From IMG/VR virus record IMGVR_UViG_3300015050_000923, positions 1 through 62,520 of that record: a stretch of 62,520 nucleotides of DNA. The stretch is one strand, 5' to 3'. The notes beneath the pieces are model-generated. The model had not been told where the DNA came from, searched no databases, and saw only the letters and a list, made by a program, of their open reading frames with translations. Source of the DNA: a virus. Lineage: Duplodnaviria > Caudoviricetes. Every line of letters starts with the position of its first letter. Positions within the stretch are counted from its first letter, which is position 1. Of this stretch, positions 45,453 to 53,808 are shown piece after piece. A program made the position numbers and the translations under genes.

Positions 45453-46918
45453 GCTGCACCGCCTTTGCCGACCGCAGGGCTGGCGGTGGAGAGAATGGCG
45501 GCGTCAATTTCCCGGTCCAGATCGTCGCCGGACAACTGCTCGTTGTAGTGCTTGCCCCATGTGTCCTCGCGGGGAATGGCGCAGAACGGCGTCAGGCCTT
45601 CGTCATAGTCCTGCGACTTGTTCCGCAGCCACTGATACCGCTCCGCATCCGTTACCCCCAACACGCTGACCTGGTCGGCCTGCCCCGGGGTGGGCTGCAC
45701 CACTGATGGGGCGGCGATTGCTTCGCGGGCAGCGTCCCACGCCTTAGGTTGGCGGAGGATGTAGTCGGCACGCAGACGGTCGTATTCAGTTTTCCAGTTC
45801 TCGCCTGCGTCTGACAACGGACCGGCAAAATGCAAAGCCTCTGCGCGTTCCTTGATGTCCTTCACGGCCACCAGTTCAGTCAGCGCGTTCAGCAAGGTCA
45901 CCGCCTCTACGGCCACCGCTGGTGCGGCAGGCGATGGCGAAAAATCTGTTTCTGGCCAAGCTGCCTGGGCCGTTTCCAGTTGCTCGGATTCCGACCGTCC
46001 TGCTGGTGCGGCATCCTGCGGGGTGGGTGGCTGGGTGACTGTAGGCATGACGGAAAGGTCAACCCAGCGCCTTTCGGTGAAGCCGGGGAGCAGCAACGTC
46101 CAGCATTTGCGCCCATGCGGCTTGTCGGATGGGCTTCCGTCCTGAATCCTCAGACTGCAATCTTCTGCCAGCATGTTGATGATGGGCTGCACGGACGAAG
46201 ACCCTGCGCGGTCTTCCCATGGCACCAGCAGCAGATCAAGGTCGCGCGTGAAGGAGCCGTGCATTACCAGCGCGTAGCCGTACTGCCAGGCCAGAATCCG
46301 CGCCTTGGTGAAGATGCGGGCGTAGTCCGGGTCAATGATGCCGAAGGGCGCGCCTGCTGGCACCTCACCCCCCGCAGGAACAGAAGCCGCAGCACGGCCG
46401 CCAAACTCGGGATGCGTTGTCACGCCGTCATACACATCGCCACCAGCACCAGCGGCAGGGGTGGCGTAACGACGCAAGCCCGCGGCGATGGTACGAATAG
46501 CCGAGCGCAGCCAGCCGTCCATGCCCTTGGGGTGGTCGCCCAGAGTTGCCAGCTCGTTGATCCAGCCTTCAAGGCTGCCTGTGCTGCGATTTCCCCAGTC
46601 AGGCGTTGCACCCTCTGCGATGGGTGGGCGGGATTGGGCGGCCAGAAACCGCTCCAGATCCTCGGCCGATACGATGAGGCGTGGACCATCTTCGCTGTGC
46701 TTTTTGGTCGGTCGGCCGCCGCACCTCTGCATTTGATCCAAGAGTTTTTTGCGCTTCGTGTTTGACATCGCGCCCGCAGCTCGCGGGCCTTCCATCGCCC
46801 TGGCCAGCTCTATGGGAACGTGGACGCCCTCGATCTGGTGCTCGATGTCCAGTTCGCTGGGCTCGTCCGGACCATCAGGAAGATGTTCGGCTGGAGGTGG
46901 TTGAACAAAAGTGATCAT
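45449..46918 (-). CDS. Mosaic early protein with nucleotidyltransferase-like segment
   Basis: YALVMHGSFTRDLDLLLVPW...WVDLSV; DAERYQWLR module. Confidence 0.7.
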   Translation of the reverse strand: MITFVQPPPAEHLPDGPDEPSELDIEHQIEGVHVPIELARAMEGPRAAGAMSNTKRKKLLDQMQRCGGRPTKKHSEDGPRLIVSAEDLERFLAAQSRPPIAEGATPDWGNRSTGSLEGWINELATLGDHPKGMDGWLRSAIRTIAAGLRRYATPAAGAGGDVYDGVTTHPEFGGRAAASVPAGGEVPAGAPFGIIDPDYARIFTKARILAWQYGYALVMHGSFTRDLDLLLVPWEDRAGSSSVQPIINMLAEDCSLRIQDGSPSDKPHGRKCWTLLLPGFTERRWVDLSVMPTVTQPPTPQDAAPAGRSESEQLETAQAAWPETDFSPSPAAPAVAVEAVTLLNALTELVAVKDIKERAEALHFAGPLSDAGENWKTEYDRLRADYILRQPKAWDAAREAIAAPSVVQPTPGQADQVSVLGVTDAERYQWLRNKSQDYDEGLTPFCAIPREDTWGKHYNEQLSGDDLDREIDAAILSTASPAVGKGGAA

Positions 46919-47517
46919 TGCTGCAGTTCCTTCAATGCCTCATCGCGGGCGGTGTTGAGCTCGGCCATCTTGTCGTGGTCGCCTCCGGGTTTGTCGGTGT
47001 GGTACTGGCTGGCCAGGCGCCGATATGCGCGCTGCACGTCGTCGGCGGTGGGCTGCAGCAGCTCCTGCAGGCCCAGCACCACCTGCCAGTCGCGCTTCAT
47101 GCCTGCCACGATGGGCGGCGGCAGAGCGGTGAAACCTGTGAAGGCCCGGTCCAGCATGTCGCTGGCGCCCCAGCGCTCGATCGCGCGCAGTGCCTCGATC
47201 GTCTTGGCGATGGCCCAGATGTTTTCGTGCACGGTCCAGTAGCTGTCGCAGGCGAACACCATGGGCTGGCCCTTGCGCTGGAAATACACGGCCACTCCGG
47301 TGTCGTGGATGGCAGCCTGGCGCGCGTAGGGCATGCCGTCATTGCGGTACTGGGCATTGCTGCTGATGATGGGCAGCCGGCCGCCCAGCTTGCGGATCTC
47401 GTCCAGCAGCCCGCGCGTGGCTTTTTCCATGCCAGTGGAGAACTGGCTGCGGCCGGGGTTGTGGGTGCGCTTCCAGCCGGCCGGCCAGGCCAGCGGGTAT
47501 TGGCGTTCTGGTGTCAT
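46915..47517 (-). CDS. Protein with C-terminal J-domain (HTD variant)
   Basis: YPLAWPAGW N-terminus; WQVVLGL...AYRRLASQYHTDKPGG...LNTA. Confidence 0.88.
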   Translation of the reverse strand: MTPERQYPLAWPAGWKRTHNPGRSQFSTGMEKATRGLLDEIRKLGGRLPIISSNAQYRNDGMPYARQAAIHDTGVAVYFQRKGQPMVFACDSYWTVHENIWAIAKTIEALRAIERWGASDMLDRAFTGFTALPPPIVAGMKRDWQVVLGLQELLQPTADDVQRAYRRLASQYHTDKPGGDHDKMAELNTARDEALKELQQ

Positions 47518-48155
47518 CGGTAAAACCTCCGGTCACGGCCGAAGCCGCCCACCCCAGCCATGCCCATGAGATGCTTTTCCATCATTTCGGTGAGCGGGTC
47601 CTGTGGCCGCATGCCGGGCTGCTCCTCCTCGGATTCGTAGGCGTCCAACAGCTTGAGCGATACCGCGCCGACGGCCAGGGCCTCCTCGTAGACGGCAATG
47701 TCCCGATTGGCCGCGGCGACCTGACGGTCGATCAGCATGTGCACCAGGTTTTCCCCGGACTTCACCTTGATCTTGTCCCGCCGTTTCGACAGCTTGGCCA
47801 CCTTCTTGCGCAGCCTCCGCACCTCGTCGATGGCAACAGATTCGCCTTCCTTCATCTGCTGGCGCACCAGCTGGACCAGGTTGCCGTCCATTTCCAGCAC
47901 GAGCTCGAAGAACCGGACCAGCTGGTCCATGGCTCTCTGCTCCATGGTGCGCTCCGGCGCATCGTTGCCGGTCTCGTCGTATCGCTGGCGACGTGCCGCA
48001 TCGCTCAGCACATCGTTGGCCTGGTTGACGGCCGCCATCAGCTCGGTGTTTCCGCCCTTGTCGGGATGCGCCTTGCTTGATGCCCGCCGGTAGGCGCTTT
48101 TGATTTCCTCGGGGGTGGCGTCGGGCTTCACGCCCAGCGTTTCGTAGTGACTCAT
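47514..48155 (-). CDS. Protein with N-terminal J-domain
   Basis: HYETLGV...IKSAYRR...HPDKGG...VLSD..RR.RYD. Confidence 0.92.
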   Translation of the reverse strand: MSHYETLGVKPDATPEEIKSAYRRASSKAHPDKGGNTELMAAVNQANDVLSDAARRQRYDETGNDAPERTMEQRAMDQLVRFFELVLEMDGNLVQLVRQQMKEGESVAIDEVRRLRKKVAKLSKRRDKIKVKSGENLVHMLIDRQVAAANRDIAVYEEALAVGAVSLKLLDAYESEEEQPGMRPQDPLTEMMEKHLMGMAGVGGFGRDRRFYR

Positions 48156-48165
48156 GAATTTCCTT

Positions 48166-48477
48166 TCAAAACGGCAAGTCGTCGGTGACCTTCGCCAGGC
48201 GCAAGACGCGCTCGCTGAACATGGTCTGGCCCGAGAGGGTGACGTGGGTAGGGCAGTCGATCCGCATTGCCACCTGGGCGGCCTCGAAGATCACGAACCT
48301 GCCATTGATGTGGGTTTTGGCCAACCGGATGCACTCCTCCTCCGCTGTCTTGCGGTCGCACTGCAGGATGGTCGGCCGGCACTTCTCCGGGATCGTGTGG
48401 GCTTCACCCATGCGGCCGAACCTCTCATCCCACTGGTGGACGTCGGCCATGTTGATGATGACGAAAGCCTCGATCAC
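48166..48477 (-). CDS. Hypothetical protein
   Basis: AEEECIRLA; ends in DDLPF. Confidence 0.7.
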   Translation of the reverse strand: MIEAFVIINMADVHQWDERFGRMGEAHTIPEKCRPTILQCDRKTAEEECIRLAKTHINGRFVIFEAAQVAMRIDCPTHVTLSGQTMFSERVLRLAKVTDDLPF

Positions 48478-48479
48478 GA

Positions 48480-48668
48480 CTATTTCCCCTGGATCAGGAT
48501 GAACGAGCCTTCATGGCGCACATAGGCGGCCTCGCTGGCGTCGTTGATGCATAGCGGCATCATGGTTTCGCCGCTCTCGTCCTTGATGTAAACCTCCGAC
48601 AGAACCACGCGCACGGGCAACCGTTGCGGCATTTTTTTCAAGTCTTCAATGAGATCGGCGACGGTCAT
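48480..48668 (-). CDS. Hypothetical protein
   Basis: MTVADLIEDLKKMP start. Confidence 0.65.
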   Translation of the reverse strand: MTVADLIEDLKKMPQRLPVRVVLSEVYIKDESGETMMPLCINDASEAAYVRHEGSFILIQGK

Positions 48669-49075
48669 GAGCCCTCCGGGAAGTCGTGAAGTGAAACGGT
48701 GCAGTCTGGACAGCCGCACCCTTTTGGCAAGGTGCACGGGTGGCCACTGCAGACCTTGCCGCAAGGTGTGGCGTGATCGCCAGCCACAGCCAGGTGGCGC
48801 GCGTACACGCTCGATGCCTTCATCACCACAGCCAGATCCAATGCCACGTCGGCGTTCCTGCGCTGATACCGGCCCATCGGTGCCTTGTTGTTCTCCCAGG
48901 TTTCGATGGCCTGCCCGCGCCAGCGTTTGGCCAGCTTGCGCAACATCCGCTGCAGGGCTGCCGCCGCCTCTGGGTGGTAGGCGCGCAGAGCCAGCCACTC
49001 GGCTATCACATCCTTGTCGGCTAACAAGGGATTCCGCACGTCCGGGCGAGCGCTGCGGTCGGTACCGGGGTTCAT
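48665..49075 (-). CDS. Hypothetical protein
   Basis: VRNPLL, WENNKAPM; coupled. Confidence 0.65.
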   Translation of the reverse strand: MNPGTDRSARPDVRNPLLADKDVIAEWLALRAYHPEAAAALQRMLRKLAKRWRGQAIETWENNKAPMGRYQRRNADVALDLAVVMKASSVYARHLAVAGDHATPCGKVCSGHPCTLPKGCGCPDCTVSLHDFPEGS

Positions 49076-49554
49076 GCCGGAACCTCCACCAGAATGCAAT
49101 TGCCGTTGCCGGCGCGTGCCTGGCTCACACGGTTGACGATCCGGTCGATGGCGCGCTCGAGCTCGCCCTGTCCGACGTTTTGCAGCTGGATGCTGTGGAC
49201 GAACATGGCGTCCTTGAGCACCTGCAGCTGTGGCCCGCGCGGGGTCCATACGCCGCAGGTGCGGAACTGCTCGTTGAGGCTTCCCAGCACGTCATGTGCA
49301 TCGCGGAACAGGCCGGCGTGGTCGTTGGCGACGTTCACCGGCGGCTTGGCGCAGGCCTCGGCGATGTTGAAGGCGTCGGCCAGGTCTTTCCAGTGCTGCG
49401 CGGTGAAGGTGCCGAACTGCAGGGCTTTGATGGCGGCGTTGTTGCGCGCCATCAGCTTTTCCTGCTCTGCTGCGGGGATCACGGCCGCGCTGGCTGTTGC
49501 GTGGACGATTGGGTTGACCAGTGGCCAGACCTTGCGGTGGGTGCGTTTTCTCAT
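49072..49554 (-). CDS. Hypothetical protein
   Basis: MRKRTHRK start; W.DLADAFN. Confidence 0.7.
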   Translation of the reverse strand: MRKRTHRKVWPLVNPIVHATASAAVIPAAEQEKLMARNNAAIKALQFGTFTAQHWKDLADAFNIAEACAKPPVNVANDHAGLFRDAHDVLGSLNEQFRTCGVWTPRGPQLQVLKDAMFVHSIQLQNVGQGELERAIDRIVNRVSQARAGNGNCILVEVPA

Positions 49555-50213
49555 GCTCGCGGCCCGTAGACGGCCTCGCACACCGCGCGGCACTTCGCCA
49601 GGTCGAAACGGTCCTGGTCGTCACGCACACCGCTTTCCATGTCGATCCAGTAGCGCGTGGCGCGGGCGCTCATCATGGCCACGGCCGCCGCCACGTTGTC
49701 AGGGCGCAGGCCGCCGGCGAAGCCACAGAAGGTGGTGTTGACCGCCTTCGGCCAGTCGCCAGGGAAAATGCCGCGGCCGCCGCTGGCGTCGAACAGGACA
49801 TCGACGGACGAAACCTTCGGGAAGTCCGCGCGGCACTGCAGGATGGCGCGCAGGTTCCTGATCGCTGCCCAGTTGCCGATGTTGCTGGGTTTCAGCATCG
49901 GGTCGGCCGTGTTGATCTGGCAGCGCTGGAAATGCTCTGTCAGGATCCGGTCGTGCTGCGAATGGCCGGTGTCGATAACCTCGCGCGCATCGGCGCCGCA
50001 CAAATGGGCTGCCCACCGCAGCGGCAGCTCCTCGACCAGCCACCAGATGGTAGACAGCTTCGGGTAGCGCAGCTCGCTGCCCTGGCGCTTCGACGAGAAC
50101 AGCAGGCCCCACTCGACGGGATAGTCGTCGGCCAGCTGCACGAGGCCGGCCGGGTCGGTGGTGTCGTCCACGCCGGTGAACGTGATGAACTCGGGTTTGT
50201 TGATCTTGATCAT
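49551..50213 (-). CDS. TrpF/PRAI-like TIM-barrel protein
   Basis: ITFTGVD, LFDASGGRG, GFAGGL.PDNV, WIDMESGVR. Confidence 0.75.
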   Translation of the reverse strand: MIKINKPEFITFTGVDDTTDPAGLVQLADDYPVEWGLLFSSKRQGSELRYPKLSTIWWLVEELPLRWAAHLCGADAREVIDTGHSQHDRILTEHFQRCQINTADPMLKPSNIGNWAAIRNLRAILQCRADFPKVSSVDVLFDASGGRGIFPGDWPKAVNTTFCGFAGGLRPDNVAAAVAMMSARATRYWIDMESGVRDDQDRFDLAKCRAVCEAVYGPRA

Positions 50214-50509
50214 GCTGCCCTCTGGAGTGAAGTGACGCCGGCGTCAAACAGTGCGTGCTGGCACGTCCGGCAAAAATAGGTGTGGCCCTCGAGCACGGCC
50301 GTGGATCCCTTGGCGTCGCGCCCAGCCAGGCGCAGCGCATCCATTTCGGCGTGGTGATCCTGGCCGCAGATGGTCTGGCACTTCGTGTAGTCCTCGCCGG
50401 GCTCGCGCGGGCACGCCGGCTGCGGATTGCGGCACCAGTTCTCTCCGCGCCAGGTCCTGCCGTCGGGGTGTTGCAGCGTGACGAACACGCGGGTTTTTGC
50501 GCAGGTCAT
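50210..50509 (-). CDS. Cytidine/dCMP deaminase-like Zn protein
   Basis: GEN, HAE and CRTC motifs. Confidence 0.8.
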   Translation of the reverse strand: MTCAKTRVFVTLQHPDGRTWRGENWCRNPQPACPREPGEDYTKCQTICGQDHHAEMDALRLAGRDAKGSTAVLEGHTYFCRTCQHALFDAGVTSLQRAA

Positions 50510-51981
50510 TTCACAAACCCCGCGCGCCGAAGAAGCACGACAGCTGCTGCTGCAGCTGCGAGCGGAACAACGCCGTTGCCAACGCACTTGAGGCGTGCGG
50601 CTCGGCTATCGTCCATGTCGAAGGCCAGCCCATTAACTTCGCTCCGAAAAGTGGGTTCAAGTGCCGGCGCGAGTTCTGGGTTTCGGGCGATGATGTCTGC
50701 CCATCGGGGATCGGCTGGACCAGGGGCGAAAAGGCCACAAAGTTCGCCAGCTGATCCATGTGCATACGGCCGGTCCCGTTCGTCGTCACATGGGCTTCCG
50801 AGTTCGGGCCCTTCGCATCGCGTGCTGCCGGTGTCGGCCTGGCCGACACCGGCAGGGAACTCGGCTCCGCCGTCGGTTCCCACTGACCCGCCTGACCCGC
50901 CAGAACAAGCCCGTGGCCGTCCCCGTGGCTCGGCGCCATCTTGTTGCCCCGGTTGCTGTTCGGACTGGCTGTCGGGGTAGCCCAGTACCGCGTCTGCGAC
51001 TCCAGGCCCACCGTCTTCTTCTCGCCCTCCGGCGTCGTGCCCTTTGAGTGAACCAGTGCCTCCGACACGCTCCGGCCGCCGTTCGGCACGTTCGGTGTCA
51101 GCCAGCGCGTCGCCTGCTGCGCAAACTCCCCGCCCGCTCCCGCCTTCCCGGTATGGTCCATGCCCGCCATGCCCGCTGGTGTCAGCCACTGGTCCCGGCT
51201 CGCTGCTACAGCCTGCGCCAACGTCAGACCGAAGCCGTTGTTGCCGTACTTCTCCGCATATTTGGCTCGTCGATTGAGCGTCTTCTCGATGTTCTGATCC
51301 CCGCCGAAGCTGCCCGCCTCCGGAGTCGGCCATGTCACGTCGCCATGCAAAGCAGAACCATCGCAGCCGCCCATGGCTGGCGCCCACGTCGGCCGCGGAA
51401 AGAGTGAGGTATTCCGTGTGCCACCCGCGCTCGGCCAGTTCTCCCAGGACGCGGGCGGCTGCTCTTTCGAGTACAACTTCATCCGGCTCTCCCAGTGCGT
51501 CACCTGCTGGTCGGTAGCGTCCGCCGGTAATCTCGGCGGCGGCAGCTTCGTCCATAACGGTTGAGGTGGCAGAAGCGATGCCTGCGACGTTCTCCAAAAA
51601 GAGTCCCCACGCACCGCTAGCGTCGGCGTGGTCGAGGATGTCGAAGAAAAGCCCGGATCGGCTCCCGTCCAGACCGGCGCGTCGTCCGGCCAGCGAGAGG
51701 TCCTGGCACGGGAAACCGGCAGCGATCCAATCCACGCGGCCGCGCAGGCATCGGCTGTCGAAGGTGAGTAGGTCGGACCAGATAAGTGCCTCATCCAGCG
51801 AGCCTTCCTGCATGCGCGAGACCAAGACGCTGGCTGCGTGAGCTTCCCGCTCAACGTAGACGATGGTGCGATGCGGGATGCCCAAGTACTCGAGCCCGGC
51901 TCGCAGTCCTTCTCCCAGCATGCCGACGCCGGCGCAGAATTCGATGGTGTTGATGGGATGTAGAGCCAGGTCATATTTCAC
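50506..51981 (-). CDS. DNA (cytosine-5) methyltransferase, catalytic frame
   Basis: Motifs I FCAGVG, IV GFPCQ, VI ENV, VIII HGRLRWF, X RLKCVGNGVVP. Confidence 0.93.
   Translation of the reverse strand: MKYDLALHPINTIEFCAGVGMLGEGLRAGLEYLGIPHRTIVYVEREAHAASVLVSRMQEGSLDEALIWSDLLTFDSRCLRGRVDWIAAGFPCQDLSLAGRRAGLDGSRSGLFFDILDHADASGAWGLFLENVAGIASATSTVMDEAAAAEITGGRYRPAGDALGEPDEVVLERAAARVLGELAERGWHTEYLTLSAADVGASHGRLRWFCFAWRRDMADSGGGQLRRGSEHREDAQSTSQICGEVRQQRLRSDVGAGCSSEPGPVADTSGHGGHGPYREGGSGRGVCAAGDALADTERAERRPERVGGTGSLKGHDAGGREEDGGPGVADAVLGYPDSQSEQQPGQQDGAEPRGRPRACSGGSGGSVGTDGGAEFPAGVGQADTGSTRCEGPELGSPCDDERDRPYAHGSAGELCGLFAPGPADPRWADIIARNPELAPALEPTFRSEVNGLAFDMDDSRAARLKCVGNGVVPLAAAAAAVVLLRRAGFVK
50511..51974 (-). 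CDS. Overlapping alternative-frame C5 methylase subunit (target-recognition repeats and motif IX)
   Basis: 487 codons open; WPTP/WLTP/WATP repeats; LNPLFGAKLMGWPSTWT. Confidence 0.75.
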   Translation of the reverse strand: MTWLYIPSTPSNSAPASACWEKDCEPGSSTWASRIAPSSTLSGKLTQPASWSRACRKARWMRHLSGPTYSPSTADACAAAWIGSLPVSRARTSRWPDDAPVWTGADPGFSSTSSTTPTLAVRGDSFWRTSQASLLPPQPLWTKLPPPRLPADATDQQVTHWESRMKLYSKEQPPASWENWPSAGGTRNTSLFPRPTWAPAMGGCDGSALHGDVTWPTPEAGSFGGDQNIEKTLNRRAKYAEKYGNNGFGLTLAQAVAASRDQWLTPAGMAGMDHTGKAGAGGEFAQQATRWLTPNVPNGGRSVSEALVHSKGTTPEGEKKTVGLESQTRYWATPTASPNSNRGNKMAPSHGDGHGLVLAGQAGQWEPTAEPSSLPVSARPTPAARDAKGPNSEAHVTTNGTGRMHMDQLANFVAFSPLVQPIPDGQTSSPETQNSRRHLNPLFGAKLMGWPSTWTIAEPHASSALATALFRSQLQQQLSCFFGARGL

Positions 51982-52283
51982 TTTTGTGGTCCGGTGCGCA
52001 CGTGTTCGATCACGGCGTCTATCAGTTTTTGCATTTCATGGGTGGGCGCTGTCATGCCTGGGTTGCGCAGCTCGATGTAGTCGGCCATGCTCAGGCGGAT
52101 CAGCTCGGGAAACGGCCACTTCGGTTTTGTGCCGCGCACCACCAGGAAGACCTTGGCCTTGTCGACCTCCACGCGGACAAAGGCATAGGCCCAGCCATCG
52201 AGCAGCCCGCCTTCGATCACCCCGTACTGGGGCACCAGGCGCTGCCGCGCGCTGAACAGGGCCTTTGCCTTTGCCACGATCAA
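51978..52283 (-). CDS. Hypothetical protein
   Basis: Coupled on both sides. Confidence 0.65.
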   Translation of the reverse strand: MIVAKAKALFSARQRLVPQYGVIEGGLLDGWAYAFVRVEVDKAKVFLVVRGTKPKWPFPELIRLSMADYIELRNPGMTAPTHEMQKLIDAVIEHVRTGPQK

Positions 52284-52954
52284 CCCTGCGCGTCGGCGGT
52301 TTCGTGGGCCTTGGCGAAGGCCTCGCCGGCGGTCAGGATCTTCTCGCCGGTCTTGCTGCCGTCAGCCTCGAAGGGCAGCGGGTTTTCCATCGGGCCGTCA
52401 TCGGCGACAACTGGCGGTGTGAGCGTGATCACGGCCTCGCAGTTCTTGAGCATGGCCAGCTTGCCGTGGGTGGCGCTGTCGACGTCGCTGAACTCGACGC
52501 GGTACTTGATGATCACGCTGCCGCCCTCCTGGCCGAAGATGCGGAAGCGGTACACCTTGCAGCCATCGGCCTGGATGCCGCTGGGCCCGTTGGTCCCGTA
52601 CTCGATGTTCAGCTTGCAGCCGATCAGCTCCAGGTCCCAGGCGAACTCGCCCAGCTTCATGCCTATCGTTGTCAGCTTGGGCATGTCGCTGCTGATTTGC
52701 TGGTTGCTGACCTCGGGAACCAGCGTGTCCTGGACCTTGTTCTGCTTCACCGGCGCGTCGCCCTTGTTGGCCACAGCCATGTAAAGGGCGCTTTTCAGGA
52801 AGCCGTCGAACATGGTCAGCATGTCGTTGCCGACCACCATGCTGAAATTGAGCGCAGCGCCCGGGTTGTCGGTGGGCTTGCGGTCCTTGCTGCTCAGGAC
52901 CTCCACGTCGGTGACCTTCACCTTGGTGGGTTCTTCGAGTGCGAATACGTTCAT
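52280..52954 (-). CDS. Hypothetical protein
   Basis: 224-aa ORF in early operon. Confidence 0.75.
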   Translation of the reverse strand: MNVFALEEPTKVKVTDVEVLSSKDRKPTDNPGAALNFSMVVGNDMLTMFDGFLKSALYMAVANKGDAPVKQNKVQDTLVPEVSNQQISSDMPKLTTIGMKLGEFAWDLELIGCKLNIEYGTNGPSGIQADGCKVYRFRIFGQEGGSVIIKYRVEFSDVDSATHGKLAMLKNCEAVITLTPPVVADDGPMENPLPFEADGSKTGEKILTAGEAFAKAHETADAQG

Positions 52955-52988
52955 AGTGGCTTTCGTAGTTGCGGGAGGGTGGAGGGGA

Positions 52989-53702
52989 TCAGGCGGCCTG
53001 CAGCTCGGGCGCCACGGCCGCCGGCGGGTTCAGCAGGTCCTGGATGGCCCAGTACACGGTCATGCAGCCGTCGACGTCACCGCCAGCGCTGTGCGCGCCT
53101 TCCATGGCCCGCCCGGTGAAGTGCTGGAACGCCTCCACCAACTTCGGCTTTTTGTTCTTGGGCAGCTTGGTGAACTTGTGCGCTTGCCAGCAGGTGCAGT
53201 ACGCCACCTGGTTCTTCCATTTGTCGGAGGGCTGGTCGCCGGGGTCCGCTTCACCTTCGGCCAGGGCGCGGTCGAAGTAACGTTTCAAAGCGATGCGCAC
53301 CATGCGGCGGTCGAAGGATTCGTTGTGGCCGATCAGGGTCACGGCGCCCAGCTGCTCGCCCATGGCCACCATGTCCAGCAGCATCTGCGTCGCATCTTTC
53401 TCCGGGATGCCTTCGGCCGTGGCGCGCGCCACCGTAATGCCATGGGCCTTGAAGGCGGCGTCTTCGCTGGTGGCGCTGTCGTCCCAGGTCCAACCGTCGG
53501 GCTTGACCAGCACGTCGAATTCCTTGACGACCTCGCGGGTCTCAAGGTTGACCAGCTTCGCGCACAGACCGACGATGTGCGGCTGGCAGGGATCCTCGGA
53601 CGGCATGCCCCACTCGGGCAGGCCTGTCGTCTCCGAATCGTAGAAAAGCCCGAGGGCCACGGCCGCAGCGACTGCGGAAAGGGTTGGTGTCGCGGTTTGC
53701 AT
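52989..53702 (-). CDS. DEDDh 3'-5' exonuclease (DnaQ-like)
   Basis: DSETTG, GHNESFD, AHSAGGD; CAGGAG RBS before ATG 53702. Confidence 0.92.
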   Translation of the reverse strand: MQTATPTLSAVAAAVALGLFYDSETTGLPEWGMPSEDPCQPHIVGLCAKLVNLETREVVKEFDVLVKPDGWTWDDSATSEDAAFKAHGITVARATAEGIPEKDATQMLLDMVAMGEQLGAVTLIGHNESFDRRMVRIALKRYFDRALAEGEADPGDQPSDKWKNQVAYCTCWQAHKFTKLPKNKKPKLVEAFQHFTGRAMEGAHSAGGDVDGCMTVYWAIQDLLNPPAAVAPELQAA

Positions 53703-53808
53703 AAAACTCCTGGTGGTTGAGGGACAAGGGAAAAAGAAAAAGGGCACGCCGGGGCAATGGGAGGAGGGGGAGGGAGGAGGTTGCGCCCCGGCGTATTGCC
53801 CTGAAAAA

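Noticed and set aside
53715-53800. Purine-rich intergenic tract as a special element
   Set aside because: No clear hairpin/U-run or repeat unit; low-complexity spacer upstream of an RBS
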